IMG/VR virus record: IMGVR_UViG_3300042946_001496
Origin: a virus
Lineage: Duplodnaviria; Heunggongvirae; Uroviricota; Caudoviricetes
DNA: 64,000 bases
Direction: 5' to 3' (one strand)
The translations under genes and the position numbers were made by a program. Shown one piece after another: positions 1 through 8,839 of this stretch. The stretch's first letter is position 1; the number at the start of each line of letters is the position of its first letter. The notes under the pieces are model-generated. The model ran no database searches. It was given only the letters and a program-made list of their open reading frames with translations, and was not told the origin of the DNA.

Positions 1-1
1 T

Positions 2-175
2 GATAAATGCAAAGATTATTTTGATTTAGAAGAAATTTATTGGTGTCAAAACAAAGAATGCCAAGAGCAATACAGATGCACAAAATGTTGTTCTTTAGAT
101 GATATTTCCGCACAATGCCTTGAGCCAGCTTCAAAGTATTCAGAAAGTCATAAAGCCTCGATTTTAAAAAAATGA
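2..175 (+). CDS. Zn-ribbon LLDSF-family small protein, 5'-truncated by window edge
   Basis: In-frame Cys-rich C-terminal half (CxxC..CxxC..CC); its TGA overlaps the next ATG (ATGA). Confidence 0.4.
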   Translation, partial: DKCKDYFDLEEIYWCQNKECQEQYRCTKCCSLDDISAQCLEPASKYSESHKASILKK

Positions 176-387
176 GTCTACTTGATAGCTTTGATCGAAA
201 TAAAACTAAGTGTAAAAATTGCAAAAAGTATTTTGATGAACTCATTTTTGCTGACGAGGGTTACACCTATACTTTTTTTTATGATTGGTGTTTGGAATGT
301 CGCACAAGAGAAAATTCAAAAAAGATTTCTATTGTTTACAGAACAATAGGCGATATAATCAAAATCAATGAACAAAAATCTAATTGA
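172..387 (+). CDS. Zn-ribbon LLDSF-family small protein
   Basis: MSLLDSFDRNKTKCKNCKKYFD N-terminus with two CxxC pairs; first full copy of the tandem paralog array. Confidence 0.6.
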   Translation: MSLLDSFDRNKTKCKNCKKYFDELIFADEGYTYTFFYDWCLECRTRENSKKISIVYRTIGDIIKINEQKSN

Positions 388-541
388 CAGTTTTGATGAA
401 AACAAAGTAAAGTGTATAGAATGTAAAAAATATACAGAAAAAAACATGTATAATATCAAATATTGCAATGACTGTGTTAACAAAATCATGACAGAATGCT
501 TCGATAGATTAAAAATGCAACCCCCTTACAAATTTAAGTAA
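368..541 (+). CDS. Zn-ribbon LLDSF-family small protein
   Basis: MNKNLIDSFDENKVKCIECKKY; 57 aa so below the ORF-track cutoff; start overlaps the previous stop. Confidence 0.5.
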   Translation: MNKNLIDSFDENKVKCIECKKYTEKNMYNIKYCNDCVNKIMTECFDRLKMQPPYKFK

Positions 542-554
542 AAAAGGAAAAACA

Positions 555-1253
555 ATGAACATTTATCAAATTAGCAAAGATGTAAAATACTCAGATGAAG
601 TAGAGTTTGACTATAATGTCGTGCATGACTGCTCTGAACAAGGTTGTCATGATGAAGGAATATGCCGTTGTGGCAAGATAGAAGACATAGAAATCAAAAA
701 AGTCAATCGAACTGTTGTCGATAGTCTTGTCAAGAAGATCAAACTCAGGAAAAATGCAAAAGTCAAAGAGACGGAAGGGCAGTTCGTTTTAGAAGACGAA
801 CAGTTTTTCATGTATTGTGTTGACAGATTGTTTACAATTAACAAGCTTTACGATGGTGATGTTTGGAACATAGATGTGCGTGGAGGATATTATGGAGAAG
901 AAATTGACAACGTTTCTCCTCCGCTTTCTTTTTCAGATGACGTTACTAAAATAGCCAAATTAGATCCACAGCAAAGAATTAAATATGTTCTTACTAGAGA
1001 GTACGGTTACCTTCACGACAAACTAAAAGATAAATCTTTCGTAGAAAGAACAGTTTCTACAAAAGATTTAGTTGTTGGAAACGAATACAGAAAAACAGAC
1101 GGCAAACTTTATGAATGTTCAGAATACCATCTTCCAATAGGAATTTATCTGAAGGACGAAAATTCAGATAAGTATGTTCTTATGGATGGGTATAATAGAT
1201 TTTATGGAATTGTTCCAAACAATAAAACTGTTCAAATTATAAGTGCAGAATAG
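555..1253 (+). CDS. hypothetical protein (232 aa)
   Basis: Long ORF with AGGA-type RBS 8 nt upstream; CxC..CxxC cluster near the N-terminus. Confidence 0.55.
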   Translation: MNIYQISKDVKYSDEVEFDYNVVHDCSEQGCHDEGICRCGKIEDIEIKKVNRTVVDSLVKKIKLRKNAKVKETEGQFVLEDEQFFMYCVDRLFTINKLYDGDVWNIDVRGGYYGEEIDNVSPPLSFSDDVTKIAKLDPQQRIKYVLTREYGYLHDKLKDKSFVERTVSTKDLVVGNEYRKTDGKLYECSEYHLPIGIYLKDENSDKYVLMDGYNRFYGIVPNNKTVQIISAE

Positions 1254-1425
1254 ATGTAGATATTACATGAGAAAAGTAACATCAGATCCTTTATCGAATA
1301 GACAAAAAAGCAAACGAGCTGGACTAGGTTTAAGTTGGTGTCATGGATGCGATCGTAACCTTATAGGAGATGGAGAAAAGTGTAAAGTTTGCGGATATCA
1401 TCATAAACCTAAAAAAATTCGTTAA
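1243..1425 (+). CDS. small basic Cys-rich (zinc-ribbon-like) protein
   Basis: CHGCDRN...CKVCGYHH; overlaps the upstream gene by a few nt. Confidence 0.4.
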   Translation: MQNRCRYYMRKVTSDPLSNRQKSKRAGLGLSWCHGCDRNLIGDGEKCKVCGYHHKPKKIR

Positions 1426-1426
1426 A

Positions 1427-1645
1427 ATGACTAATTTGCACAAAAATCTCGATAGCTTTGATGAAAATAAAGTAAAATGTAGAGACTGTAAAAAATATAT
1501 TGAAAAAGATAGTGCTTCGCCTTTTGTTGATTTAGATAAAAATTTTAATGCTATAAAAGATTATTATCTATGTGGCATCTGTATTGGCGAAAGAATGAAA
1601 AATGGTGTACCAATCCAGCCGTTTGAGCCTCCATTTTTACAGTAA
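1427..1645 (+). CDS. Zn-ribbon LLDSF-family small protein
   Basis: Internal ATG gives MTNLHKNLDSFDENKVKCRDCKKY. Confidence 0.55.
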   Translation: MTNLHKNLDSFDENKVKCRDCKKYIEKDSASPFVDLDKNFNAIKDYYLCGICIGERMKNGVPIQPFEPPFLQ

Positions 1646-1648
1646 CTT

Positions 1649-1882
1649 ATGAATAATCTCGACAGTTTTGACGAAAATAAAAAGAAGTGTGTTTCTTGTC
1701 AAAAATATTTTAATAAAGAAGATTTTAGCACAGAAAAACATGCATTAACAGGAAGAACATTAGTGGCTACTGCTTGTCCATCTTGTGAAGCAAAATCTTG
1801 GGATGAGTTTTGTAAAAAAAATAAATTAAATCGACATCTGCGACCATATACTCCAAAAAAAATCAATAATGAGCAAGCTTGA
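1649..1882 (+). CDS. Zn-ribbon LLDSF-family small protein
   Basis: MNNLDSFDENKKKCVSCQKYFNK with a second CPSC pair. Confidence 0.6.
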   Translation: MNNLDSFDENKKKCVSCQKYFNKEDFSTEKHALTGRTLVATACPSCEAKSWDEFCKKNKLNRHLRPYTPKKINNEQA

Positions 1883-2066
1883 TAGTTTTGATAAAAGTAA
1901 AAAGAAGTGTCAATATTGTGGGAAATATTTTGACAAAAAAGAGCTTAAACGATCAGCATTCCACCAGACTTCACTTTGCCCTAGCTGCTGGAAAAGAGAA
2001 AATGATATGCTGGATAATATAGTTGGCAATGATGATGATTTCTTTAACGAGTATGAATATGAGTGA
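1869..2066 (+). CDS. Zn-ribbon LLDSF-family small protein
   Basis: MSKLDSFDKSKKKCQYCGKYFDK..CPSC; overlapping junction with the previous copy. Confidence 0.6.
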   Translation: MSKLDSFDKSKKKCQYCGKYFDKKELKRSAFHQTSLCPSCWKRENDMLDNIVGNDDDFFNEYEYE

Positions 2067-2232
2067 TCTAGACAGTTTTAATAACTGTAAAATTAAATGC
2101 AAATACTGTAAACATTATTTTGATGTAGCGATAATTAACAAAAACAATTTATGTGAAAAATGTCAAGAAAAAACAGATACAGAGTTCTTGGCTAGCATCA
2201 GGCATTTAATTGGTTTGCTGAAAAATGAATAA
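2059..2232 (+). CDS. Zn-ribbon LLDSF-family small protein
   Basis: MSDLDSFNNCKIKCKYCKHYFD..CEKC. Confidence 0.55.
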   Translation: MSDLDSFNNCKIKCKYCKHYFDVAIINKNNLCEKCQEKTDTEFLASIRHLIGLLKNE

Positions 2233-2428
2233 GCTAGATAGCTTTGATAACAGTAAAGTTAAATGCACTGGCTGTTCTACTTATTTAGACAAAAAAACAT
2301 TGGTTTTTAATGTATGTGATATTTGCCTTCAAAAGGAGCTTGTGTTATGCTTCGCTCCGCTAGTTGAAAATTTAGAAAAAGATTTCTCGGGATTGCCCTA
2401 CCTGTCCGAAGGAAAAAAATGTGAGTGA
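2225..2428 (+). CDS. Zn-ribbon LLDSF-family small protein
   Basis: MNKLDSFDNSKVKCTGCSTYLDK..CDIC. Confidence 0.6.
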   Translation: MNKLDSFDNSKVKCTGCSTYLDKKTLVFNVCDICLQKELVLCFAPLVENLEKDFSGLPYLSEGKKCE

Positions 2429-2633
2429 AGATAACCTCTTGAATAGTTTCAAAGTTTGTTATTGTCCTGATTGTTTTCCTCAAAAAATAATATTACAAAA
2501 AAGCAAACCTGACTCTATGTATCTTGAAGACCGTAAGTGGCATCGAGCCATAGAAAACGACTATATCTATGAGTGTCCAGGGTGTAAATTTCTGTTTCAC
2601 AAAAATGATGCATTAGAATATTCTAATGAGTAA
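2421..2633 (+). CDS. Zn-ribbon LLDSF-family small protein (divergent)
   Basis: MSEDNLLNSFKVCYCPDCF...CPGC. Confidence 0.5.
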   Translation: MSEDNLLNSFKVCYCPDCFPQKIILQKSKPDSMYLEDRKWHRAIENDYIYECPGCKFLFHKNDALEYSNE

Positions 2634-2755
2634 ATTTAACAAAAGTCTATTAGATAATATCCCATCTTTTTTTTTGCAATGAGACAGGAAAAGTTTATTC
2701 ATGTTCATGTTGCCTAACGTATTTTAGCGAAAAATTTCTTATTGAGAGGCAAAAA

Positions 2756-3034
2756 ATGAGCAATCTTGAAAGTTTTGATGAAAGTAAAAAAAAGTGTCAT
2801 GGTTGCAAAAAATACTTTGAGGAATCATCTATTGTTGGTCTTAACGGACAATACTTATGCACACCTTGTTTAAAAGAATCTCGGGTAGCTGTTCAGCAAT
2901 TCATCGATAAAAATTATTTCAGTAAGGAAACCAGCAATTTGAATCAAGCCATGGATGAATTTTTGACATTTATGGAAAAATATGTTGAAATTCAAAAGAA
3001 TTTAATAGAAGATTTTAAAAATGAGCAAACTTGA
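2756..3034 (+). CDS. Zn-ribbon LLDSF-family small protein
   Basis: MSNLESFDESKKKCHGCKKYFEE..CTPC; C-terminus KNEQT overlaps the next start. Confidence 0.6.
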   Translation: MSNLESFDESKKKCHGCKKYFEESSIVGLNGQYLCTPCLKESRVAVQQFIDKNYFSKETSNLNQAMDEFLTFMEKYVEIQKNLIEDFKNEQT

Positions 3035-3194
3035 CAGCTTTGATTACAATAAAAAGAAGTGCCCAAATTGTAAAAATTATTTTTACAAGAAGGAAAAATT
3101 TAAATATTTTATTGATTTCTTTAATAATAAGCGTTATTTTTGTCGAAAGTGCTGGCATGGTTTTGGAGTCTCTTTAATGAAACCATTTAAATAA
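3021..3194 (+). CDS. Zn-ribbon LLDSF-family small protein
   Basis: MSKLDSFDYNKKKCPNCKNYF..CRKC; 57 aa, not in the ORF track. Confidence 0.5.
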   Translation: MSKLDSFDYNKKKCPNCKNYFYKKEKFKYFIDFFNNKRYFCRKCWHGFGVSLMKPFK

Positions 3195-3406
3195 TGAACA
3201 ATCTTGATAGTTTCGACAATAATAAGATTAAATGTAAAGTGTGTGGCAAGTATTTTGATAAAGAAAGTATCTTTTATGATCTATCTAAGTATTGTGAAAA
3301 ATGCTGGCAAGACGTAGGCTTTGACAAAAGCGTCTCAGTGTTTAGACAAAGCGGAAAGTGTATGTTAAGCTGGAACATTCTGAATGCAAAAAATGAGCAA
3401 ACTTGA
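3194..3406 (+). CDS. Zn-ribbon LLDSF-family small protein
   Basis: MNNLDSFDNNKIKCKVCGKYFDK..CEKC. Confidence 0.6.
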   Translation: MNNLDSFDNNKIKCKVCGKYFDKESIFYDLSKYCEKCWQDVGFDKSVSVFRQSGKCMLSWNILNAKNEQT

Positions 3407-3566
3407 TAGTTTCGACAACAATAAAACTAAGTGTAAAAATTGCAAAAAGTATTTTGATAAAGAAAAATTTAAATATTTCGCTCTTTGTGTAAATTGTTGG
3501 GATAGTTTTGTGCGAAATCCGTCCACGTTCCTACAGAACTATTATGATGAAAAACAAAAAATTTAA
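3384..3566 (+). CDS. Zn-ribbon LLDSF-family small protein
   Basis: MSKLDSFDNNKTKCKNCKKYFDK..CVNC. Confidence 0.6.
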   Translation: MQKMSKLDSFDNNKTKCKNCKKYFDKEKFKYFALCVNCWDSFVRNPSTFLQNYYDEKQKI

Positions 3567-3637
3567 TCTATAATGAATCTTGGAAGAAAGGTGGACACCG
3601 ACACAGAAAGTTGGTAGACTGTTTTAGTTGAAATCGA

Positions 3638-3913
3638 TCGAGAATAGTGTAATGGTAGCACAATTGACTTTTTTTTGGAGTGCTTAGAGGGAAACCTTTA
3701 ATGTAGAATCGCTTAAATTCGGTGGACGCTTAACTGCCAATACCGAGCCAAGCCTGGGTTAATTCTCAGGAAGGTGTAGAGACTTAACAGGCGACACCTA
3801 AAGTTTAAAAAACAATGGTGAAGATAAAGTCCAGACTACAAACTCATAAGAGGTAACGAAAGTTATAGTAGTATGTGGTTCAATTAGTCTAGGTCCGAAT
3901 CCTAGTTCTCGAA
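3638..3913 (+). tRNA. tRNA gene interrupted by a group I intron in the anticodon loop (about 205 nt); isotype ambiguous: Lys-UUU or Gln-UUG depending on the exact splice site
   Basis: Acceptor 5' tcgagaa pairs with 3' ttctcga plus discriminator a. D-arm gtgt/aatggta/gcac. Anticodon stem attga (3663-3667) pairs with tcaat (3880-3884) across the insert. T-arm ctagg-tccgaat-cctag. No CCA encoded. No ORF falls in this region. Confidence 0.6.
3673..3877 (+). ncRNA. group I self-splicing intron (candidate)
   Basis: S-like element aagataaagtcc (3821-3832) and R-like element gtagagacttaacag can form P7 (gactt/aagtc). 5' exon ends in U and the intron ends in G. Boundaries are +/- 2 nt. Confidence 0.45.
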
Positions 3914-3920
3914 TTTTTTT

Positions 3921-4406
3921 TTGCAGTCATCTTCAATTCTTGGAGAACCCACAATGGGCATTGATCTTAACACTTATGTTGGTTTTTATTTTACTTTAAG
4001 TAAACTTCCTACATTTGAAAAAAAGGTTAAAGTTCGTAGATGCTCTAATGAATCCCATGGCGTTTGTTACGATAATAAAATTAAATATTGCTCAACTTGT
4101 GGAGAAGCTATCGAATATTTTGAAACTATCGAAAAAGTATTTGATAGCGAATTGTTCTTAGGATCTGAATTCTATTTTACTGAATTCCATGACGAGATTT
4201 ATTTCATGCCAGACTGGAGCGGTTGCTGCACTCATAACTGCAAACATATCAACAACAAACAAGATCAAGTTGCCATAGACTTAAATGATGACTATAAAAA
4301 TAAAGCAAAAGATATATTTATTAAAAAATTAGCCAAACTACAAGAGAAACTTTCCCTTGATATTGAAATAAGTGTTAAATTTGGCGTTATTTGCTATATG
4401 AGTTGA
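3921..4406 (+). CDS. hypothetical Cys-rich protein (161 aa)
   Basis: Long ORF; CxxC-like pairs (CYDNKIKYCSTCGE; CCTHNC). Confidence 0.5.
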   Translation: MQSSSILGEPTMGIDLNTYVGFYFTLSKLPTFEKKVKVRRCSNESHGVCYDNKIKYCSTCGEAIEYFETIEKVFDSELFLGSEFYFTEFHDEIYFMPDWSGCCTHNCKHINNKQDQVAIDLNDDYKNKAKDIFIKKLAKLQEKLSLDIEISVKFGVICYMS

Positions 4407-4424
4407 ACTTTTAGGAGAAATTAA

Positions 4425-4766
4425 ATGTCAACAGTCTTTGTTATAATTACGTTGTTGTTTGGTATTTTTACTTGGTTTTTCTATAGTTCTTTAGATATGT
4501 TTCTTAATGGTGGAGAGTCACTATATAAGAATTTTTTGCAAAGCATGGGTTGGCTTTTTTCTAAAAAAAGAACACAATATATTAAAGATATGGTCAATAG
4601 ATTTGATAGTGGATATGTCGGAGAATATAGTTACCAAGAAATAAGAGAGCAAAATAGATATGCAGAAGTCGCAAATCAAGTTTTGCCAAGTCGATTTCAA
4701 ATAATTTTTATCAACTTTATAATGCCGATAATACCGGTCTTAATCTACGTTCTTTTACACCAATAA
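4425..4766 (+). CDS. small membrane protein
   Basis: AGGAGA RBS; N- and C-terminal hydrophobic helices. Confidence 0.55.
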   Translation: MSTVFVIITLLFGIFTWFFYSSLDMFLNGGESLYKNFLQSMGWLFSKKRTQYIKDMVNRFDSGYVGEYSYQEIREQNRYAEVANQVLPSRFQIIFINFIMPIIPVLIYVLLHQ

Positions 4767-4826
4767 ATGAATATATTGTTTTTCCTAAAAAATTAGCAGA
4801 AAAAATATTTCTTATGAAAACTTTCT

Positions 4827-5039
4827 ATGGTGGAAAGACTCTTGACTTTTTCGAGAAAATCCATGATCATTGAGTTCGCCAAAGAAATTGCAGTCAACTT
4901 AAAAAAATATATTGCGACGGCAGTATTATTTTTTTTATCTTTATTGGTTGTGACAGAAATTATAGAGTTTTTGGCGGGTATAGTAGCTGATAAGATTGAA
5001 TCTTTAATCAACTTTTTGTTAAAAAGGAGTTTAAAATGA
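4827..5039 (+). CDS. small membrane protein
   Basis: Hydrophobic core; chosen over the overlapping minus-strand ORF because of the plus-strand operon context. Confidence 0.35.
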   Translation: MVERLLTFSRKSMIIEFAKEIAVNLKKYIATAVLFFLSLLVVTEIIEFLAGIVADKIESLINFLLKRSLK

Positions 5040-6376
5040 ACAGCTTAACACCAACATTAGCATCATTAATATTTGGTTTAAGAGGCAAAATTTCACCAAA
5101 AGAATACAAAATTATAAAAAGACACCTTGATAGTCACAATAAAAAGTCTAAACCTAAGCCAAAGCCTGTAGTTAAATACAAGCTGCTAGATTCTATTACA
5201 GAATCTAACGATAAAAAGAAATTAATTTTTAATTTCAAGAACGATGCAAGCTTTACTTATAACTTAATAAATAAAAGTTTTAATTTAACGGGCAGTTTAT
5301 CTACTGTAGAGTTTATAAGCCCTGTATTGCCAAAAACTTTAAATTCTGAAAGAGAATTGTTTATAACATCTGCAAAAGAACCCTGGATACAAACCTTTTT
5401 TAAGATTTGTAGACATTGTGATATTTCTTTATTAAAAAGTCGTGGTGCCGGTAAAGCAACCTTAAATAGAATTGAAATAATTTCTAAAATTGAAAAATTT
5501 CAAAATCTAAGCAGCTATGATGGCATAGACAAATTAGTTAGAAACAGTAAATTTAAAACGTCGTTAAAAGACCTGGGGCTTGACTCTTGGTTTATTGACG
5601 CTGCTTTAAAAGATGGCAATCTTTGGCACCACATATCAGAATATCAGAATGCTAAAAAATCTAACTTAATTTCAGAATTTCAATTTTTATGGAACAATTA
5701 CAATTATACAAATATTTGTCGTTTGTATAAAAAGCTAGGAAGATTAATTAAAGATCATGATTATGATTTTATCAAAACAATTGATTATTTAAATGAAGGA
5801 ATGAATAATCAAGGAATTAGACCAATATTTAATCTTGATAACCATGGTATAAAGTACAAAGATGATTCACCATATTATAATTGTGATGATAACTACAAAG
5901 TAGCGATAGATCTGCTTTTAGATTATGTCAAATTTCAGACTGATAAAAATTTTGAAAAGTATCCGAGAAATTTAAAAACAGAAGTAGATAAAGCTTTTTA
6001 CAGAAAAAAATTAATTGAAAGTAAAGCTTTATACGAAGCCTCCAAAGAAAATTTTCAAAAATTAAAAGCTCTTGAATTTGAAGATGAAAATTATTGTATA
6101 ATTGCTCCGCAATCTATAGAAGATATAGTAAAAGAAGGAAGTGTTTTAAATCATTGTGTTGCAAATTATGCTCGCAAAGTAGCATCAGGAAGAAGTAGAA
6201 TACTTTTTATGAGAAAAATCACAAATAAAAATATTCCATTTATAACAATTTCGTTAAGCGGAAATAAAATTGAAATGGCTAGAAGGAAGAATAATAATTT
6301 GGTATATGATTCATCTGTAGAAAAAACATTTTTGAACAAATATACAAATCATTTAAAAAGCTTGTCTAAAAATTGA
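5036..6376 (+). CDS. protein with C-terminal PcfJ-like domain
   Basis: AAGGAG RBS. C-terminal IEDIVKEGSVLNHCVANYARKVASGRSRILFMRK...IPFITISL matches the PcfJ-like core as I recall it. Paralogous to the 37410 ORF (ILSLRDRKNIPHLTFIF..GEMKGKGN). Confidence 0.5.
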   Translation: MNSLTPTLASLIFGLRGKISPKEYKIIKRHLDSHNKKSKPKPKPVVKYKLLDSITESNDKKKLIFNFKNDASFTYNLINKSFNLTGSLSTVEFISPVLPKTLNSERELFITSAKEPWIQTFFKICRHCDISLLKSRGAGKATLNRIEIISKIEKFQNLSSYDGIDKLVRNSKFKTSLKDLGLDSWFIDAALKDGNLWHHISEYQNAKKSNLISEFQFLWNNYNYTNICRLYKKLGRLIKDHDYDFIKTIDYLNEGMNNQGIRPIFNLDNHGIKYKDDSPYYNCDDNYKVAIDLLLDYVKFQTDKNFEKYPRNLKTEVDKAFYRKKLIESKALYEASKENFQKLKALEFEDENYCIIAPQSIEDIVKEGSVLNHCVANYARKVASGRSRILFMRKITNKNIPFITISLSGNKIEMARRKNNNLVYDSSVEKTFLNKYTNHLKSLSKN

Positions 6377-6419
6377 TTTTTTGAAACAAAAACGAGTATT
6401 CTAAACTTTAGGAGAATTT

Positions 6420-7466
6420 ATGAAAGAAACTGAGCGAAAAGACGATGCGATTTCTGTAAAGTCAATGCAGATTCCAACCTTGAGTACGAATTCACCATAT
6501 TACACACATGATGAGTCCTGTTTATTAGAATTTTCTATTCGGCGTCAAAATTTAAATCTTAATACTCACAAAATTTCTATAGACATTATTACCTCTGATG
6601 GTGATCGGAAAAATATTTTAAAAGAATATTTAAGCAAAAAAAAATACACAACCATTAGTAATCAAAACGAGTTCATCGCTACCAGTGATTCTGTTTACAT
6701 TTGTCTTACCAGTGGTTTTATTAGTAATAAAACTTTTATAAAAATTGCTGGGGATTATGAGGAGGTAGAAAAAATAAAAGAAGACTTTTTAAACAAATAT
6801 GAATCAACGGAAAATCAAATTTATATTGATTGGAAATTTTTAACAGAAGAAGGTGTTAGAAATTTAAATTGTCCTTTAGATTTAGATCATACCCCTGTTC
6901 AGGAAATGTATCCTTTTTTGAATTGTTCTTTAAACGAATACTACGAAAAATTCATTCAATCAAAATCAAATATTCTAATACTCAAAGGGCCACCAGGGAC
7001 AGGAAAAACAACATTTATTAAAGGGCTATTACATTTTGCAAAAACTAGTGCTTCATTTGTTCAAGACGAATCACTATTGAATAAAGATATTCTTTTTGTT
7101 GACTTTTTTGAAAGTTCTCGAAAGTTTTTAGTTTGTGAAGATGCTGATATTTTCTTGACTCCAAGATGTAAAGGCAATCAATTCGTTCACAGATTTTTGA
7201 ATGTAGCAGAAGGTTTAATATCCAATAAAGAAAAGAAAATAATTCTAACAACTAATATTCCAAGTGTTAACGACATGGATCAAGCCTTGGTACGACCTGG
7301 GCGGTGCTTTGACATTTTAGAGTTTCCTGAACTTAACAAAGATCAAGCAGAAGCTTTAGCTAAAAAGTTTGATCTTGATTTAAACCTTTCTGATAAGACT
7401 TTTACTGTAGCAGAAATTTTAAACAACAAGAAAAATCAAAAAGTAAAATCTATTGGGTTTTGCTAA
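6420..7466 (+). CDS. AAA+ family ATPase
   Basis: Walker A GPPGTGKT, Walker B LVCEDAD, sensor-1 TTN, ALVRPGRCFD arginine-finger region; AGGAGA RBS. Confidence 0.8.
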   Translation: MKETERKDDAISVKSMQIPTLSTNSPYYTHDESCLLEFSIRRQNLNLNTHKISIDIITSDGDRKNILKEYLSKKKYTTISNQNEFIATSDSVYICLTSGFISNKTFIKIAGDYEEVEKIKEDFLNKYESTENQIYIDWKFLTEEGVRNLNCPLDLDHTPVQEMYPFLNCSLNEYYEKFIQSKSNILILKGPPGTGKTTFIKGLLHFAKTSASFVQDESLLNKDILFVDFFESSRKFLVCEDADIFLTPRCKGNQFVHRFLNVAEGLISNKEKKIILTTNIPSVNDMDQALVRPGRCFDILEFPELNKDQAEALAKKFDLDLNLSDKTFTVAEILNNKKNQKVKSIGFC

Positions 7467-7527
7467 AAACTTGACAAAAACCGTTGACTTGTTAAAATAA
7501 TTTTCCACTCTTTCAAAGGATTTTAAA

Positions 7528-8022
7528 ATGAAAAAACAAATTTTCACTGATCTTGTGTTTGTTGTTACTGTTAATTTTTTGCTCATCACAGGTAGTTTAC
7601 TATTTGTAAAATACAAAGAAGTAGGAAAAATTTCTAAAGAAGATCTTGACGAATATATTGCCACCGAATTAAATTTAAACAATGATTTTAATCTTGAAAA
7701 GCACGTTGTGGTTGAAGCAAAAACTATAGATGAAACTGTTGTTAAAGCGGTTGCTCCTCCGATAGAAGAAAAAGTTTTGACTGACGATTTGCAATCAAAG
7801 GCATATAATATTGGATACAAAAATGGACAGAGAGCTATGTATGTCCAGATGAATATGCAAGTCAACGAAGAAGAGAAGGTCACGGAATATACCAGTTTAG
7901 AAGAGTCGGAAGAAATAAAATCAGAAGAAGATAAAAAGAAGATTGAAGAAATCATCCAGAAGGGCTATGTGGATGGTTATCATCGTGCTTCTGAGAGTTT
8001 TTCTTGTCCTAGGAGTTACTGA
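7528..8022 (+). CDS. membrane-anchored acidic protein
   Basis: N-terminal TM helix then a Glu/Lys-rich region; RBS aaagga. The overlapping minus-strand ORF is rejected. Confidence 0.5.
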   Translation: MKKQIFTDLVFVVTVNFLLITGSLLFVKYKEVGKISKEDLDEYIATELNLNNDFNLEKHVVVEAKTIDETVVKAVAPPIEEKVLTDDLQSKAYNIGYKNGQRAMYVQMNMQVNEEEKVTEYTSLEESEEIKSEEDKKKIEEIIQKGYVDGYHRASESFSCPRSY

Positions 8023-8414
8023 TGAAAATTTTAAACCACATTGTAGACTTTTTTGAGCCAAAATGCTTCTGCTGGTATTGTGGCAAAAAAATGTGTAGTA
8101 TTTTTTATGGCTTCTACGACAGCCATAATGGTAAAAAAATATTTAAATATGCTTGTAGTGATGAAAAATGCAGCGGCTACGAAAAACCAAAAGATGGAAT
8201 TTTTCGTGATGGATACAACAATCCTTTAACGAAAGTGATAATGAAAATGTCTCAAAGAGACATAGTTGAAATTACCAAAGAAAACCAACAGATTAAAAAA
8301 ATCTTAATTGAATTGTTTGATTCTATCAATAATAAGTATCCCAATAAAGATCCTCAAAAATGGGACTGCCCGTATTTCCAACAACTTTCTGATCTGATCA
8401 AGTATAAAGCATGA
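8022..8414 (+). CDS. Cys-rich hypothetical protein
   Basis: CFCWYCGKKMC...ACSDEKCSGY; ATGA coupling to the upstream gene. Confidence 0.5.
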   Translation: MKILNHIVDFFEPKCFCWYCGKKMCSIFYGFYDSHNGKKIFKYACSDEKCSGYEKPKDGIFRDGYNNPLTKVIMKMSQRDIVEITKENQQIKKILIELFDSINNKYPNKDPQKWDCPYFQQLSDLIKYKA

Positions 8415-8419
8415 ACTAA

Positions 8420-8692
8420 ATGATTCATTTTAATGATATGACTACTTTGGGTTGCGATCCTGCAAATAGTGCAGAAGAGTTTTTCGAAAAACTATTGCTG
8501 TGGAAAAATGAAGAAAAGCCTTCAGAGGCTGCTGTGGCAACAGCTAAAAAATTCATTGAAATGATGCAAGAAAGACCATTGTCTTTAAGTGTGTTTGAAG
8601 ATATAATAATAATCTCTTACAAAGAAAAAAATCGTTTTAAAGAAATTGAAGTAAAAGACAGTGTTGGTGAATTTTTCACATATAAAACATGA
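8420..8692 (+). CDS. hypothetical protein
   Basis: ORF within the plus-strand operon. Confidence 0.45.
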   Translation: MIHFNDMTTLGCDPANSAEEFFEKLLLWKNEEKPSEAAVATAKKFIEMMQERPLSLSVFEDIIIISYKEKNRFKEIEVKDSVGEFFTYKT

Positions 8693-8839
8693 GTAAATTT
8701 ACCAACATAAAAATAGCTTTAAAAATTCTTAATTTTATTGACTCTTATATTTTTTATAAAAGAAAAAGAAAAGTAAAATTATTAAACACTTTCTTGAATG
8801 AAAGAATTTTGACAGAAGATACGGGACCAAGATAAATTA

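Noticed and set aside
1-3566. CRISPR array formed by the repeated junction motif AATGARCAAACTTGATAG
   Set aside because: The repeats are 170-330 bp apart with irregular spacing, and they lie inside overlapping protein-coding junctions. The intervening sequences encode homologous proteins. This does not fit CRISPR architecture.
3638-3913. tmRNA interpretation of the tRNA-like element (tRNA-like ends with a long internal insert)
   Set aside because: A 5-bp anticodon-stem pairing spans the insert. No tag-peptide reading frame ending in a resume-stop is present. The insert carries group-I-like R/S elements. An intron-containing tRNA fits better.
7419-7955. 178-aa minus-strand ORF, and similar antisense ORFs (647-844, 16763-17125, 20544-20834, 21407-21781, 23174-23521, 29149-29613, 42257-42712, 45302-45766, 50240-50815, 51113-51487)
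   Set aside because: They fully overlap better-supported plus-strand genes with RBSs and conserved domains, and have low-complexity or hydrophobic translation typical of shadow ORFs in AT- or GC-skewed frames.
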